NCBI GenBank assembly: GCA_026936335.1
Contig: JAPMXV010000059.1
Coordinates: forward strand, 268,105 to 332,104
Length of the DNA stretch: 64,000 nt
Source of the DNA: Mantamonas sphyraenae STR306
Taxonomy: Eukaryota > Protista > CRuMs
Reading direction: 5' to 3'
Shown in pieces: positions 1-12,100 of this stretch. The stretch's first letter is position 1. Every line of letters starts with the position of its first letter. Under the pieces are notes generated by a model that was given only the letters and a program-made list of their open reading frames with translations, was not told the DNA's origin and did no database searches. The translations under genes were made by a program, and so were the position numbers.

Positions 1-2100
1 CCTCGCCAGCGTCGCTTTCTCCCCTTCGTCCTGTCCGTGTACATCCTCGTTGCCAAACACTTCTTCGCGGTCGCGCTTGCGGCCAGTCGGCAGCCCACTC
101 GACCCGCCCCCGACGTCGTTCATCAGCGAATCAAAGCCATTCTGGCCAAACGCATCCGTGGCAAACGAGTCCACAACCTCTGCAGCTACGGTGGCAGGCG
201 ACATGCGCGGCTGTGCCCTGCGTGCCGCTCGCTCAAGCTTGTTGTTGAACAGTCGCAGCAACATCGTCCTGTTCTTGAGCACCTCCTGCGTGCGTAGGTA
301 TTTACATACACGCACAAAAGTCACCAAAAGCGAGTGCATAGCAAGATGCACGTTGTCAATGCCCGTTTGCTGGGCCTGCTCGTGGCCCGGCAGTCTGCGT
401 CGCTTGCTGCCCTGTCGCAGCATGCTCGCGCCGTTTGTCGACGTGAGTGCTAAATGTCGCTCGTGGCCCACTTGAGGGCATGCAAGGTACACAATGTCTT
501 CTACCAGCAGCGTCACAACCTCCAGAAGCCGCCCGTGCGCATTCAGTGCCTCCAAGCACCCCTCCGCCTGCCTTTCCGTCACCTTGACTCCCAATAGTGT
601 GCTCATGGCTCCGTCAGCATCGGAGGTGTCTCTGCGTATCAGTTCTATCGCACGATCACACAGCTGCGGCGTCCACATGGCTCCGTCGCTTGCAGCGGCA
701 AACACTTCGCCTGCGTCCATCCCCTGCAGGGCCTCGTCACTGAGTTGCTCCGATTGTATCTGTGCACGCATCTCTTCCAACACTGTGTGCAGCGCCGTGT
801 GGTGTGCAAACGCATCCTGTGGCAGCAGGCCGGCTTGCAAACATCCGCGAACCACAATCGGCATGCACGTCTGTTCACTTGACCCTATCCTTGCGACGGC
901 CAGCGTGTCGTCACGTATGACCTCCAAAAGGGCGTCGACGTGTGCGTTTGTCTCCGTGTCGACAAGCGTGTGCATGGCCACGACGATGCGTGGCAACATG
1001 GTGCCCAGCACACACCTGTACCTTGCCATGCGGCTGCTTCCTGCCTCGGCCTCGTGTGCCTCTGCATCTCTGTGTATCACCAATGCCGTGGTCTTCCACA
1101 CCGTCTCGTACGTTTCCTGCAACGGCCGGTTGCCCAGCCGGTGCAGGTTGAACAACTTTTGTGCGTGCTCGAGCGCGTCAAACACCTCATGTGCTCCCAG
1201 CACCAGGTGGCTCAAGTACGCTTTGAGTGGGTAGCCCCTGTCCAACGGCTGTGTGATGCTGATGTTGTTTGTGAGCAACAGGCAGCCCGTGTTGAACTGG
1301 GCCGCGTGGGTAGAGGTTGACGACTCGCTCTCACTCTTCACATAGAACCCCTTGGGTGAACTGGCCACCAGAAACGCTTGCCAGTTGGGCGTGGAACACT
1401 GCCGCTCAAACACAGCGAGCGCAGGGACGTGGCTGCCCCGTGCCAGCGTCGCTTGCCACTGTTCGGGTTGCTTCCGTCGAGCGACGTACAACAGAGTGCG
1501 CTCCCACGACGAACGCAGCCATCGTTCCACGCACGCGGTCGCCCGCTGTTGCACAGCGTCGATGAGATGAGCACCCTTGGTGTCGCCTTGGGTCTCTTTG
1601 TGTTCACTGTCCAGCTGCGTCGTGGCCAGGAAGAGCTGGAAGGCTTGCAGACATGCGCTGCACGCCAGCCCTGCCCGGTCCTGGTTGCCGCTGCTGCCGG
1701 CGTAGGGCAGAGAAGACTGCCGAAGGGTGTTTTGTAGGGCACAGTGCAGGTCGGTGCTGTTCATGAACGCATACACCAGGTCGAAAACTGCCAGAAAGTG
1801 CAGGGGCTTGTTTGTCACCTCCATGGCCCGGTCACACAGGGTGCACACAAGCAACAGCGGGTCCAGCACTTGTGTGTTCAGTGCATACGCCACGTACTCC
1901 TTGACGCGAGCACTGGGCACGCGCGGAGTGAGCATCACATCCAACAGTTCGCGTACCACAGCCTGCTGCACTTGCACCTCGTCCTCTGCCAGTCGCTTGC
2001 TGTCCAGATACGCCTGCAGCTGCACACCCCACTCCAACTCGTTGAATCTGCGCTCCACAGCCAACGCAATCGAGGATCGCTGCGCCGTGCCAAACTCCAT
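1..2100 (-). CDS. Mediator tail subunit Med24/Med5-like helical protein (3' end lies beyond the window)
   Basis: Frame starts at ATG 2100; no stop found in the stretches I translated down towards position 1. It is absent from the ORF track because it has no stop in the window. N-terminus MEFGTAQRSSIALAVERRFNELEWGVQLQAYL...ELLDVMLTPRVPSARVKEYVAYALNTQVLDPLLLV resembles, by eye, the Med24 N-terminus (AW.ERWS..QW...P.PN..ILSYLKYAISSQ). Confidence 0.55.
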   Translation of the reverse strand, partial: MEFGTAQRSSIALAVERRFNELEWGVQLQAYLDSKRLAEDEVQVQQAVVRELLDVMLTPRVPSARVKEYVAYALNTQVLDPLLLVCTLCDRAMEVTNKPLHFLAVFDLVYAFMNSTDLHCALQNTLRQSSLPYAGSSGNQDRAGLACSACLQAFQLFLATTQLDSEHKETQGDTKGAHLIDAVQQRATACVERWLRSSWERTLLYVARRKQPEQWQATLARGSHVPALAVFERQCSTPNWQAFLVASSPKGFYVKSESESSTSTHAAQFNTGCLLLTNNISITQPLDRGYPLKAYLSHLVLGAHEVFDALEHAQKLFNLHRLGNRPLQETYETVWKTTALVIHRDAEAHEAEAGSSRMARYRCVLGTMLPRIVVAMHTLVDTETNAHVDALLEVIRDDTLAVARIGSSEQTCMPIVVRGCLQAGLLPQDAFAHHTALHTVLEEMRAQIQSEQLSDEALQGMDAGEVFAAASDGAMWTPQLCDRAIELIRRDTSDADGAMSTLLGVKVTERQAEGCLEALNAHGRLLEVVTLLVEDIVYLACPQVGHERHLALTSTNGASMLRQGSKRRRLPGHEQAQQTGIDNVHLAMHSLLVTFVRVCKYLRTQEVLKNRTMLLRLFNNKLERAARRAQPRMSPATVAAEVVDSFATDAFGQNGFDSLMNDVGGGSSGLPTGRKRDREEVFGNEDVHGQDEGEKATLAR

Positions 2101-4013
2101 GAGCCAGAGCGAGGTGGGTGTTGGCGAAATACGCGCACTCTGGATACTCGATGGCCAGGCGAATGTCCTCTGGCACAGACGCTTTGGCACAGTCGACACC
2201 CGTTGTCTACGTGCACGCCTCAACCTCGCCCTCGCCCAACAGGCTCGCGAGAAACAGCTCGCTGCCGAAGCCGAAGCCGCCGCCAATGACGACGAATACG
2301 ACGAACGCGTCGACACGGACGATGTCGCCGACCGTGCCTCTTCCACACACGAGAGCGTGGGCGGAGCGAGCAGCAGCAGCAGTGGTCGAGCCAGTGGCAG
2401 TGTCGGACCCAAGGCTGACGACGACACGTCCTCCAAACAGGCTGACCAGGACCCGCAGCTCGATCTGCAAGCCGTACGCAGCCTGTTCGGCATCCCTTCC
2501 AACGGCGAGCTGTCCTTTGCAGTGGCAAACGACTTTCTCGAGCAGGTGGACGATCCGCACACGGTGGGCGCCTCGTCCCCTGTCCTGCGGCTGCCCACCT
2601 TGCCCGCGCTGTTCCCGCTCGCCTTGGTCGTCCACGCCGACCTGTTCTTCCTCGCTCTCCCGGCCACAGAGCCCACCGTGGACCTCGACACACCCATGCT
2701 TGACTTGTAAGTGACCCATTACAACGCAGAGCATGTTCATTGTCGTGTCATCACATGCCTTTGGCCCGTTCGAGGTGATTCGCGACCGGGCAACTCACAC
2801 ACACACTCCTCACACTCTCCACAGACCCTGTGTCACCATGGCACTGCAAGTATTGCAGGACATGGCCCAATTACACAGCTCACTTCTGGGAGGAAACCTG
2901 GATGAGCTCACACGGAGCGCCATGCTTCACTCGTTCGTGTCGCTCATGATGCCCTTTGGCAAGCCGCTGGACACCGATGTGAACAACGTGCGCAAAATCA
3001 TTTCCACTGAATTCCCTCGTCCCGAGACACTGCATGAAGCTAGACCGGCCTGGAAGCCCTATGTGCACCGTGGCAAGCAGCGCTTGGACTTTGCCGTGCG
3101 TGAGAAGCTCAACGTTGTTCTGTACGACCAGGAGGAGCTCACGGACGTGTGTCAGGTCCACGGACGCATCCGGTGTCGTGCAGAGATCGAAGGCGTGCCC
3201 AGCGTCACGCTGGCACTGGCCAACCACACCAACATTGCTCACATGAGCAGCCACCACTGTGTACAGACTCCCGACTCCTTCACAGCCCACCAGATCTGCT
3301 TCACGCCGCCTCTCGACGTGTTCGACCTCATCCAGTACCAGGCTGTCGACGCATACACCTCCCCAATCCTCGGCTTCTACCAGATGATGGAGAACGAACA
3401 GCAGCCACACCAGGTCGACGTCCTCGTCCAGCTCAAGCTCGCCATGCCCGACGTCAACAACTTTGAATACTGCGAGGTCCGCATCCCGTTTGCCAATCGC
3501 GGTCCCATCAAGTCTCATCAGCTCCAGCCTACAAACGGCTCTGTCTCTCTCAGTGACGACCGCAAGGCCATCCTCTGGTCCATTGGCAACCGCTTTGCCT
3601 CGCGCAACCTCGAAGTTGCCCTGCCGGGCAGCGTGTTTTTCGCATCCGACCAAGATGGCCAGCAAGCAGCCTCAACGTCTTCCTCTTCGTCGTCGTCGTC
3701 GTCGCCCTCCTCCTCCGCGGCAAACAAGGGCTCCAGCTCCGACGACCCGTTTCTCTGCGGGCCCAACAGTTTCATCGAGCTGCGTTTCCGCATGCCCTTC
3801 TCCCTCAGCGAGGTGTCCATTGATCAAAAGTCTGTGTCTGTGTTTGGCAAGAACACGCGTGTGGCCGTCAATGTGGAACACACCCTCGAGTCGGATTCGT
3901 TTATCATCTGGAATTCGCTCGGGAAGGCAGCTAGCGTGGCCACACCCCCACACCCCAACCAGTGGGTTTCGCTTGACGAATCCATTGTTGACAACGAGCC
4001 CATAGCTCAATGA
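2099..4013 (+). CDS. AP5M1: AP-5 complex subunit mu
   Basis: Exons 2099-2706 and 2825-4013; intron GTAAGT...CACAG restores the frame (LP-CVT). Motifs IRALWIL...HRRFGTVD, MPFGKPLDT, PAWKPY..GKQRLDFAVRE, mu-homology domain with CFTPPLD and ending IIWNSLG. Confidence 0.9.
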
Positions 4014-4039
4014 AAACGAATGATGTGCATTGGCATCCA

Positions 4040-6087
4040 TCAAAAACGCACTGCAGACACTCCTGGGCGCGTTGTGGACGCGTTGCCCACACGCTGTTTC
4101 CTCTGTTTCATCTCTTCCTTCTTGAATGCCTGCTTCAGCGTCTTCTTCTCCTTGCGGCGAGCCTTGCGTGCAGCCTTGACTGCCTTTTTGCGCATGCGCT
4201 TCTCCTCTGCCGATTCGTGCTTGTCTCGCTTCTCTCCCATGTTGACCGACGCCACCGAATAGTCGTCGTCGTCGTCGTCATACTCGTCTTCCTCCTCTTC
4301 CTCTTCCTCCTCTGCCTCCTCGTCGTTGTTTGCCACGTCGCTCTTTGCTGCGCGCCTCGCCTCGAGCACTCCCATGGGCAGGCCGTGCTTGTTCAGCTTG
4401 ATCTGCTTCTTGGCCGGCCGCACGTCCTTGATGAGACCCGGGTGGTTCTCTGTGTTTGTCAACTGGCTTGCGTACGACACCACGTCCCACTGCGCATCCC
4501 TGTCCTTGACACGAATCCACTCATACTCGTCCTCGTCCTCGTCCTCGCCCTCTTCCTCCCTCCCGTCCCCGTCCTCTTTGCCGTTGTCCTTCTTTGCCTC
4601 CTCCTGTGCTTTGGCCATTGCTACTTCCTTGGCCTTTTCGCTTCCTGGTACAGGCACAAGCATGGGCGGTTCGTCTTCGCTGTCGCTGTCGCTGTCGCTT
4701 TCATCCGCGTCTCCGGCCGCTGCCTTTGCTGCCGCCTCTTCCGCTGCATCCTCCTCCTCCAACTTCTTGTACACAGCCTGCACCCCCTGGCGCTTTTTGG
4801 CTTCCTCCTCGTCAAACTCGTCGAAAAGATGCTCCACGGCCTCCAGGCTCAGGCCACCCTTGTTTTCCAGTCGCGGGTCTGTGTCCTCGAATCCGCCAAT
4901 GTCTTCCTCGCCGTACGCCTTGTTCATCACCTGTTCAAAGTGCTCCTCAGCAAAACCTCCGTCGTGTTTGTGCGTGCGCGTCGACGCGTACGAGCGCTCC
5001 TCCATGGCAAACTGCCGTCCGCCACCCATTCCAGCCTCAAACTCGTCGCCGCTGCTGAATTCTTCGAACCCGTCGCTGTCGTAGTAATCCAGGTTTTCGT
5101 AGCCAACCATCTTTTCGTATTCGTCCAGCGACATGCCCTTCTTCTCGGGCTTGCCTTCACCGCCGGCCAACGCTACAAAGTCGTCCTCCAGTTCGTCCAC
5201 TTCCTCATCATCCACCAGTCCGTCCAACACACCCATCACGTCTGTATCCAGCGTCGGGTCGAATCCCGTCGGTGCTGCCAGATTCAGCATGCCTACATCG
5301 GCCTCCTGGGCCAGCGACGAGCCGAACAGGGAGCCCTCGTTTGCCGAGCTGCCCAAGGCCTCCTGAGCCTCGGCAGACACAAACTCGGCGCCGGCCATGG
5401 GCAGCAAATGCTGCGAGTAATCATATCCGTCGTCAGGAAAGGCATAGTTGTCGTACTCGGCCTTGGAGAGCATTTTGGGCTGCAGGTCGGCGTACAGCTC
5501 GCCGTCGTTGCCCACGTGCTGCATACTACCACGACCCTGCGCTCGTTCATACTCTTCATACACTTCGTCGTCGTGGTAAAAGTACTCTGCGTCAAAGCCG
5601 TCTGCAATCAGGTCCTCCTTCGTCGTCCCGCCCTGTGTTTGCGTTGCAAAATGCACACCGAAAATCCGCGAGTCAGGTTCCGTCCTGCCCCACGGCCCAC
5701 GCTGTCTCTCTGACACACGTCTTTACGCCACATGGCTGTACGCCACACACATGGGCCCTTCTGGCGTGCATGGGCTCCACATCACAGATGCGTTGGCTGG
5801 AGAACGGCCGGCTGTGCATGGGCTTCTTGGAAAGCCAGCTCCAAACCCAGCCGTCGCCGATACAACACGCGTGGAGCAGCTGCTTGCACAGGCAAACCAC
5901 AGCCAAAGTGGGAAACAAAGGGCATGCGAACACTCACCTGGCGCTTGTGCGGATTTTCCATCTCAATGAGGACCCGCTGCGAAGCATTCTCGTCGGCGAT
6001 GAGCGGGTCGCGTTGCGAACGGTGTCCCACCACAAAGTGAACAGCCTTCTTCTTGTCAATGAACTGCTTTTTACTGTGTTTGCCCAT
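4040..6087 (-). CDS. LTV1: Low temperature viability protein LTV1 (40S biogenesis)
   Basis: Exons 6087-5938 and 5701-4040; intron GTGAGT...GACAG, phase 0. Motifs FIDKKKAVHFVVGHRSQRDPL, DDGYDYSQHL, WDVVSYASQLTNTENHPGLI, ES.EEKR.RKKAVK..RK.RR.EKK..K.AFK.E. Confidence 0.92.
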
Positions 6088-6148
6088 GGTGAGATAGAAC
6101 AACGCGGCTGTTTTCGTTTGGTGCAGCAAGCGGGTTGCGGTCTGCAGC

Positions 6149-9044
6149 TCATCGTCGGCTTGTGGCGTCTGCGATCATGCGCTGGCGCTCGGCAAAGGAC
6201 ATCTTTCCGCCTGTGCTGGACCGGCCTCCCTGGCTGCGACGTGGGCTCGAGCTGCCCCGGCTGCTTCCCCGCGGGCTGGAGCGCGAGTTGCCACGCGGAG
6301 AGAGGCCACGCGATTCGTTGTAGCTACCGCGGCTTCCACGCGGGCTGTTGCGTCCAGCATACTCGGTCCTACTGCCACCCATACCGGTTGCACTGCCTGA
6401 ACGTCGATCGGGGTAGCCCGACGGGTGAGAATCTGTCCCTCGCTGGCGCTGTGCCAATCGACTGCGGTATCGGCGTTGGATCTTGGCAGCGGCCTCGTCT
6501 TCCTCGCTTTGCTGTGTTTGCAGGCTGCTGCCGCTGTTTTGCTGACGGTAGCGTGACCCGTATCGGCTCGATGGACGTGTTTCAGGCTGCTTTCGCTGCG
6601 CCAATCGACTGCGGTAGCGCCGTTGGATTTTGGCTGCTGCCATGTCCTCTTCCGAGGGTGCACCGCGCAAGGATGTGCGAGATCCAGAGCGACTGTACGA
6701 CGAGCGGCCATAGCGATCGTCGGAAGCGCCATACGAGCGGTCTCTGGATGCTGCTGAGCCTCGTGCATCCCTCGGGCCTCTGGATCCAACGCCTGCACGG
6801 CCCTTTCGCCTGCGGAACTGCTGCTGAATCTTCGAGGCGGCGTCGTGGTGCTCTTTGTCCCACTTTTGCTGCTGGTACTCACGCAGCTCACGCTCACGTT
6901 GACTCACGGGGTCCTCGTACGCGTTGCCTCGACTGGATCGTGAGCCACTGCTGCGTTGGTGTTTGCTCACTGTGCCCGTACTTGGAGTTGCGCTGCGCCA
7001 AACGACTGCGGTACCGGCGTTGGATTTTGGCTGCTGCCATGTCCTCCTCCGAGGGTGCACCGCGCAAGGATGTGCGAGATCCAGAGCGACTGTACGACGA
7101 GCGGCCATAGCGATCGTCGGTAGTGCCGTACTTGTTCGGGCGCCCGCTGGATGCTGTGGAGCCACGGCCACTGTTGCGGCCTCCTGATCCAACACCTCCA
7201 CGGCCCTTTCGCCTGCGGAACTGCTGCTGAATCTTCGAGGCGGCGTCATGGTGCTCTTTGTCCCACTTTTGCTGCTGGTATTCGCGCAGTTCCCGCTCAC
7301 GCTTGCTGCGTGCATCTTCGTCGCGGCCTGTGCGTCCGTACGGGGAGGCAGAGGAGGAATTGCGGCCGGTGGAGGTGGAGTTCCGTCCGTACGGAGAGGA
7401 TGTGCGTGGTGCCGGGCGACCGCCCTGCTTGCGTGCGCGGTGTTTGCGGTACGCTTTCTGCACTGTGATGGACGCTTGTGCCAGCTCGTCCTGGTCCATG
7501 TCCATCAGATGTTGATGCCTGCGTTCGGCACGCTCAAAGTCCAGATCCTCCTTCTCCTGCTCTGTCATGTACTTCTTGCGCTCGTCCAGCTGTTGCTTGC
7601 GTCCAAGGAAGGGCAGCGAGGCAGTGGACGACTGCCGCATCAGCTCACGTTCGCGAGCCTCCTCGCGTTTGCGTTCCATTTCGTCGGGCTTGCGACGACC
7701 AAACTGGTCCAAGCCAGGCGTGGAGCGTTGGTATCCGTCGCTCTTGAGATGCTTGAGGCGCGAAGAAATTTCCGAGTCTTCGATCTTGCGTGTCATCACC
7801 ACCTGCAGAGGGGTGTCACGTTCAGGTGATTCAGATGCCTTTCCACGTGCACTGAGGCGTTCGGCTGTGCTCATGGTGCGTCCGCGCCTGGGCGAAACCA
7901 GGTCCTTCATGCCCTTCAGGTCCAGCTTGCCCAGGTTGCTGCCATAACGGCGTGTCGATGCACTGCCCTCCTCTGCATTGACCTTGTTGGGGCGGGACAG
8001 CGAGTAGCGCGCAAACGGGTCTGGGTTGTCCTTGCGTGCGCCGTACTCTGAGGCGTAGAACTCGTCAGTGGGCACCTCAAACTCGTACTCGGGATAACCC
8101 TTGAGCTCACGCTCGAGATCGCCCATCTGATGGTGCATGCGTGCGAGCAATGTGCGTCAATATGCCACGAGCGTGTGTGCGTGTCATGTCGGTGAGTGTC
8201 AGCCTTCTGGAAAGGCCCTGCGGGGCAGAGGGCGCGCGGTGGGGCAAAAATCGAGAAAATCCGTCAACGGTCGTCGGCGAAAACAACTCACGAGTTTGCG
8301 GGGCGTGCGCTTGAGCGTGCGCAAGCCAACAATGCGAGTGTGGTCGTAAGGGTCGAATTCGAGCACATCAATGCCTTCCAGCTTGATGAGAGAGCCGTCG
8401 AGAGCCTCCATGACGCCGCGGAACTTGTAGGCGCAGCTGTGACCCAGGGCATAGACACGGAAGTAGGCAAGGTTGACACTCTTGAAGCTGTTGCTGTACG
8501 TGTTGGCAAACCATTGGGCGAGGGCAGCTGCGCCCGTGTACTGGGCCTCGCTGTAGTGGTAGTATTTGACTGCGTTTTCGTCGAAGCAGCTCATGAAGCG
8601 CCGCTCGTCAAACGTGAGGCGGGCGTGGCGCAGGTTGTACACGGTGTCGAGCATGGCACGATCGGGTACGCCGGTGAAGAAGTTTGCCTTTTTGATTTTC
8701 AGAGTGCCAATGTGGCTGAGACCCAGGACGACAATGCCGCCGACTGCGGTGGATTCGCGCCCGTACGGCTGGTGGAAATAGCCGTCAAAGGTGGCGGCGC
8801 AGTGGTAGCCGGCGTAGACGACTCGACCCACGTCCAACTTGCCGTATGTGTACACGTTGCAGAAGTTTTGCTCCATGTACTGCTTCAGGGCCTTGCGGCC
8901 GCTGACTTTGCCTTGGTCGAGGTCGTCGCAGACTTCACCCACGCTGAGGAAGGCCACACTGAAGCCGTTGGCATCCAGAGTGGACAGCGAATCAAACAAG
9001 TCGTGGATGATTCCCTCGTAGAGCTCGTCCTGCGGGATGGACAT
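6149..9044 (-). CDS. Tandem SnoaL/NTF2-like domains fused to an Arg/Ser-rich tail with about 6 IQ calmodulin-binding motifs
   Basis: Exon 9044-8292, phase-0 intron 8291-8127 (GTGAGT...CATCAG), then 8126-6149 with a +1 frameshift (or a 31-nt intron) near 6976. Two ~120-aa units with G..AL..Y/W and GI.VL motifs; IQ motifs ITVQKAYRKH, KIQQQFRRR (x2), KIQRRYRSR (x3). Confidence 0.7.
6595..7300. repeat. Internal direct repeat, two ~300-nt copies about 400 nt apart, encoding paired IQ motifs
   Basis: 6595-6897 and 6992-7300 are near-identical over RERELREYQQQKWDKEHHDAASKIQQQFRRRKGR and DDRYGRSSYSRSGSRTSLRGAPSEEDMAAAKIQRRYRSRLAQR. Confidence 0.9.
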
Positions 9045-9104
9045 TCGCTGTCGGATGAATGGTTGAGTTTGACGCGCGAGCGCCGCGCAAGGGCAAACGC
9101 CACG

Positions 9105-12100
9105 ATGGAGATTGTGGAGAGGGCGGTGCAGGTTCATCAGCGTGTGCGTGAAGCATACGGTGTGCCAGAGACGCGTGTATGGAGTGACATGCGCAGTGTG
9201 ATTGGCGAGTGCGTGCGGTGGCTGGTGGAAGCTGGCGTCGACGATCTGGTGATCCCCACTGGACAGAGAGCGACACGGGGAGCGGGGTGGTGGCCATGCA
9301 CTCGTACACGCGTGCACATCAGCGTGGAAATGACGACGATGTGAACGAAGTTCTGTGCGTGTACAGCGCATACGTGCAGTTGTGCGCAGCCGAAGCACAA
9401 GCAGACTCACCGGGGGCTGCTACGGTGGTGCGTGATGTGTGGAAGGAATACCATGACAGGGATGGGGACGCAGGAAAGGGAGGGGATCCGTGTGTATGGC
9501 TTGTGCTGTGGAACCGGGCTCTGCTGCGTGGTTTGAACGAGTCGCAGCATTTGTCCGTCATAGGATGGCTGCAGAAAGTGTTGGTCGATCTGGACGAGTG
9601 GTGCATGGTTCGTTTGTGGCACATGTGGCACTGCGTTTGTCAAGAGTACCGCACGCAGGTGTCGCGGCTCGCAGATTGGCTGGACTTGCTTCGTGCACAA
9701 GGACCGCCAAACGTGGACCAGCTACAGAAGCACACGGCGCACAAGAGTGTGCTTTCACACAGCTATCGCAGCGGCACTTGTGTAGCTCAATCTGGCACGC
9801 AAGATTGTGACCTTGTGATTCTCCTTTGCCTGGCAATGGCGAGCGAGGAGGAAGCGGCGCAGCGCATTGACGGCAGCTGGGTGTTGAACTTTGGCAGCCT
9901 GAAGCGAGGGTGCGACTCTGTGGGGGCTTGGTGTCAACAGCAACAAGACGACGGGTTGACGACGCAGAGATTGGTCAACGTGCTGCTCGACTCGCTGACA
10001 GGGTGGTCGGATTCGCTGCGGCACGCCTGGACACAGCACATGGATGTTCCATGGACACATTTGGTAGCCGAGGCCGCCGCACAAAGATTGAGCGACGCTT
10101 CGTCGACGCTCAAGGCTGGGGATAGCGACATTCAGTCGCTGGTGAAGTGCTGATCGACAGCCTTCCGTTCTTGGACATGCAATCGGACGCAGGGGCAGCA
10201 CTGGTAGACTGTGTGCTGGACCATGGTGGCTGGCACCAGAATCAAGTGGTCAAGGGTGCGTTTGACCACCTGCTGACACAAGACGACTTTGTACAGGCCT
10301 TGATCTCGCGCACGGTTCAGTCGCCGCTGTCCGTGGCCGAGTTGGGCTCGCCCGAGCCACTGATGGCGTGGTTGGGCAGCAACGATGCGCTGGACGCTCA
10401 TTTGGTTCACCGCTTGCATCACTGTGTGCTGCTGCGCATTCACATGTACGAAGCCATCCAACAGAATGCCAGCTCGCTCTCACCCAAAGTGTGCTGTCGG
10501 CTGTGGGAGCCAATGCTGGAGCGACTGGTCACGTGCTGCTGCTTGATTGTTCCGTACGACACGTCTGTGGTGCTGGGTGGGGCGCATGCGCATGGGTTGC
10601 CGATGGCTTCCTTGCTTGCGATTCGTGACGCCCGGCCTCAGTCAGGCATCGGGAGCAGCAGCGCAGGAGAGCGGCTCGCGGACAGTGGAACGCAGGAGGA
10701 AGAACAAGACAGCGAGGATCCGGAAATGCTTGCGCTGGATGTCACACGATGTGTGGCCAGCAGGGACAACACGGAGCCTGTTCATCTGCTCCTGGCAGCT
10801 TTGATGGCGCTGTACAATCAGGGAAATCGCGATCAGCTGGCGCACGTGCTTGTGTTTGAGTCTTTGATGGAAACAGTGGACAGCTGGTCAAGTGTGTGTG
10901 GCTGGTTGCACGACGGCGACGGGTTGGCACGTGTCAACTCGAGCTTCAGGCTCAGTCCCTCCGAGCTGTTTTTGAGCAACGAGGCCTATCGCAACGTGGT
11001 GTATGGATGGAAGCAAGTGAGGGACGAGGTAGAATGGGTGGAGTATTGCCAACAGCAGCGGCTGCCCTTGGAGGAAGAACAGGTGAAGCGGACGCACAGG
11101 CTGAGGATGCTGTTTGACATCCACTTGTACAAGTTGCAGTGGCAATGGACGTCCAACGAGACTAGCTGGCCTCAAGAGGATAGTGTGTATGCTGTGCTAC
11201 GCTTGATGGAGTTTTTGGGTGCCGCATCTGCAGAGCTGCACTCTCAGTGGAGCGCAGATTGCGATCGGTTGGTGGCCCTGATCCCCAGCCGAGTGTCTGG
11301 CTTTGTGTTGGATCTGTGCAAGGACAACGTCCGTTTGGCGTCAGCGGACAATGTGGAGCTGACGGGTGCTCAGGAGATGCAAGGTGCGTTGGAAGCGCGC
11401 ATGGACGCATATGCCTTTGCTCGGCGAGGCAACGGCCACCCATGGATTCCCCAAACGTCGCTCCACCCATCGGTTCACAGTATGGCCCTTTGCATGGCGG
11501 CACACACACAACACATCGGCAGCATGTACACAGAACCTGGCGAGCTGGAAAACGAGGTGGAAGCCACCCTGGAGCTTATGCATTTGTTCACACGCAACTA
11601 CAGCAACCGGGAATCCATCTTTGAGACTCTGTTGTCGTCCGCCTTGGCGTACCTCGCTCGGTGTCTGCAACTCCTTGTGCGTTTCAAGGACCAAGGAACT
11701 GCCATGGGGCTGCTGCCACGTGTGCTGGACGAGGCTGTCGATGGTACTGTGTTTATGATGGAAAGCGAGATGGACGTGCGCATGCAAGGAGCACTGGTCG
11801 ACATGATCTGTACCGCGTGGACGCTGGGCAAGTCTGAGTATGTGGTCGTGGCCGCCATCAAAGCATCTGTGCGTGCTCTCCTTGCGCCTGAAGTGTTGTC
11901 CTTGAACGATCCTTCCCGTGCGCGTGTGCTTGTGGATGTGTACGTGGACTCTGCTACGGAGCCACTGTCTCAGATGGACACCGAGGGCAGCGGCGACCAA
12001 GGTGCAAACGCATGGCTTGCGGTGCAGGATATTCTCCTTGCGTGCATGTTGGAGAGGACACGCTGTCGCGACACTCCAGTGTGGGTCAACAAGCAGCATA

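Noticed and set aside
4010-5713. Long antisense ORFs (4010-5713, 18692-19765, 34956-36575, 52546-54468, 60392-62650, and the tails of 10147-14319, 32998-34710 and 44353-52515)
   Set aside because: Shadow frames opposite well-supported genes in GC-rich sequence; the translations have no family motifs.
6400-7300. CRISPR-like repeat-spacer array
   Set aside because: The repeats are in-frame coding duplications of IQ motifs in a eukaryotic gene; no cas genes.
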